DNA from: Mobula hypostoma
Taxonomy: Eukaryota
Reading direction: 5' to 3'
Length of the DNA stretch: 64,000 nucleotides
NCBI RefSeq assembly: GCF_963921235.1
Contig: NC_086097.1
Span: forward strand, 146,508,001 to 146,572,000
Positions 63,160-64,000 of the stretch are shown piece by piece. A program made the position numbers and the translations under genes. Position 1 is the stretch's first letter. The number at the start of each line of letters is the position of its first letter. The notes beneath the pieces were generated by a model. That model was not told the DNA's origin. It ran no database searches and was given only the letters and a program-made list of their open reading frames with translations.

Positions 63160-63712
63160 ACACTCCATCCGCCAAATAAAGCAGGACCTCCCAGTGGCCT
63201 CCCATTTTAATTCAATTTCCTATTCCCATTCTGAGTTGTCAGTCCATGGCCTCCTCCACTGTTGCAATGAAGCCACACTCAGGTTGGAGGAGCAATATTC
63301 CTTCTGTACCCCCCCCCACTTTCTCCATTCTCCATTCCCATTTTCCCCCTCTCACCTTATCTGCTTGCTTGCCCATCACCTCCCTCTGGTGCTCTTCCCC
63401 CTTTCTTTCATGGCCTTCTGTACTCTCATACCAGATTCCCCCTTCTCCAGCCCTGTATCTCTTTCACCTATCAACTTCCCAGCTCTTTACTCCCCCCTCC
63501 CATTTTCACATACCACCTAGTGTTTTTTCCTCCCCTCCTTCCACTTTCTAACTCTGACTTCTCATCTTTTTTTCACCAGTCCTGCTGAAGGGTCTCAGCC
63601 CGAAATGTCGACTGTACTCTTTTCCATAGATGCTGCCTGGCTTGCTGAATTCCTCCAGCATTTTGTGTATGTTACTTGGATTTCCAGCACCTGCAGATTT
63701 CCTCTTGTTTCT
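63160..63712 (+). mobile_element. Penelope-like 3' fragment
   Basis: DLPVASHFNS..HS..SVHGLLHC..EATLRLEEQ; degenerate hammerhead 63578-63613. Confidence 0.8.
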
Positions 63713-64000
63713 AATGAAGTTTGACAGCTTTCCAAGGGGAAATATTCCACATCTCTGTCTCTGTAGAGAAATGAGATGTGATGTCATTCTTGAGGAGCCT
63801 TCTCCAAATTTAAACTTCTTTCCTATTTTCTGTTCTTTCAATTTCCAGCTTCATTTAAAAGGTACGGCAATCTTCTCATGAGGAATAGATTCCTATAAAT
63901 GTATGTGATTAAGGTTTCATTGAAGGAACCAACATAAGAAGTTGGAAACATATTTATGACAATGGCAAAAAAGGTATAGACCTAAGGATTGTGTAATTTC

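Overview
Vertebrate genomic DNA, most likely from a cartilaginous fish (inferred from the repeat families: HE1/V-SINE-like SINEs, CR1 LINEs, abundant Penelope-like elements). The window holds the 5' half of one + strand protein-coding gene of the MAP3K2/MAP3K3 (MEKK2/MEKK3) family: a probable ATG exon plus seven clear coding exons covering the N-terminal helix, PB1 domain and linker. The kinase domain lies beyond the window. Almost all other ORFs in the track come from transposable elements in the introns: CR1, Rex1/Babar, L1, two Penelope-like families, Tc1, hAT, a solo LTR and SINEs. Many have target-site duplications (TSDs) readable by eye. The most interesting layer is a size series of Penelope-derived insertions, from 96 bp to 2.7 kb, most carrying minimal hammerhead ribozymes and/or fold-back structure. 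One has a four-fold reiterated ~50-nt segment at its inversion point. Every hammerhead I scored as intact is antisense to the host gene. No prokaryotic features are supported. Family names come from motif recognition, not database searches.
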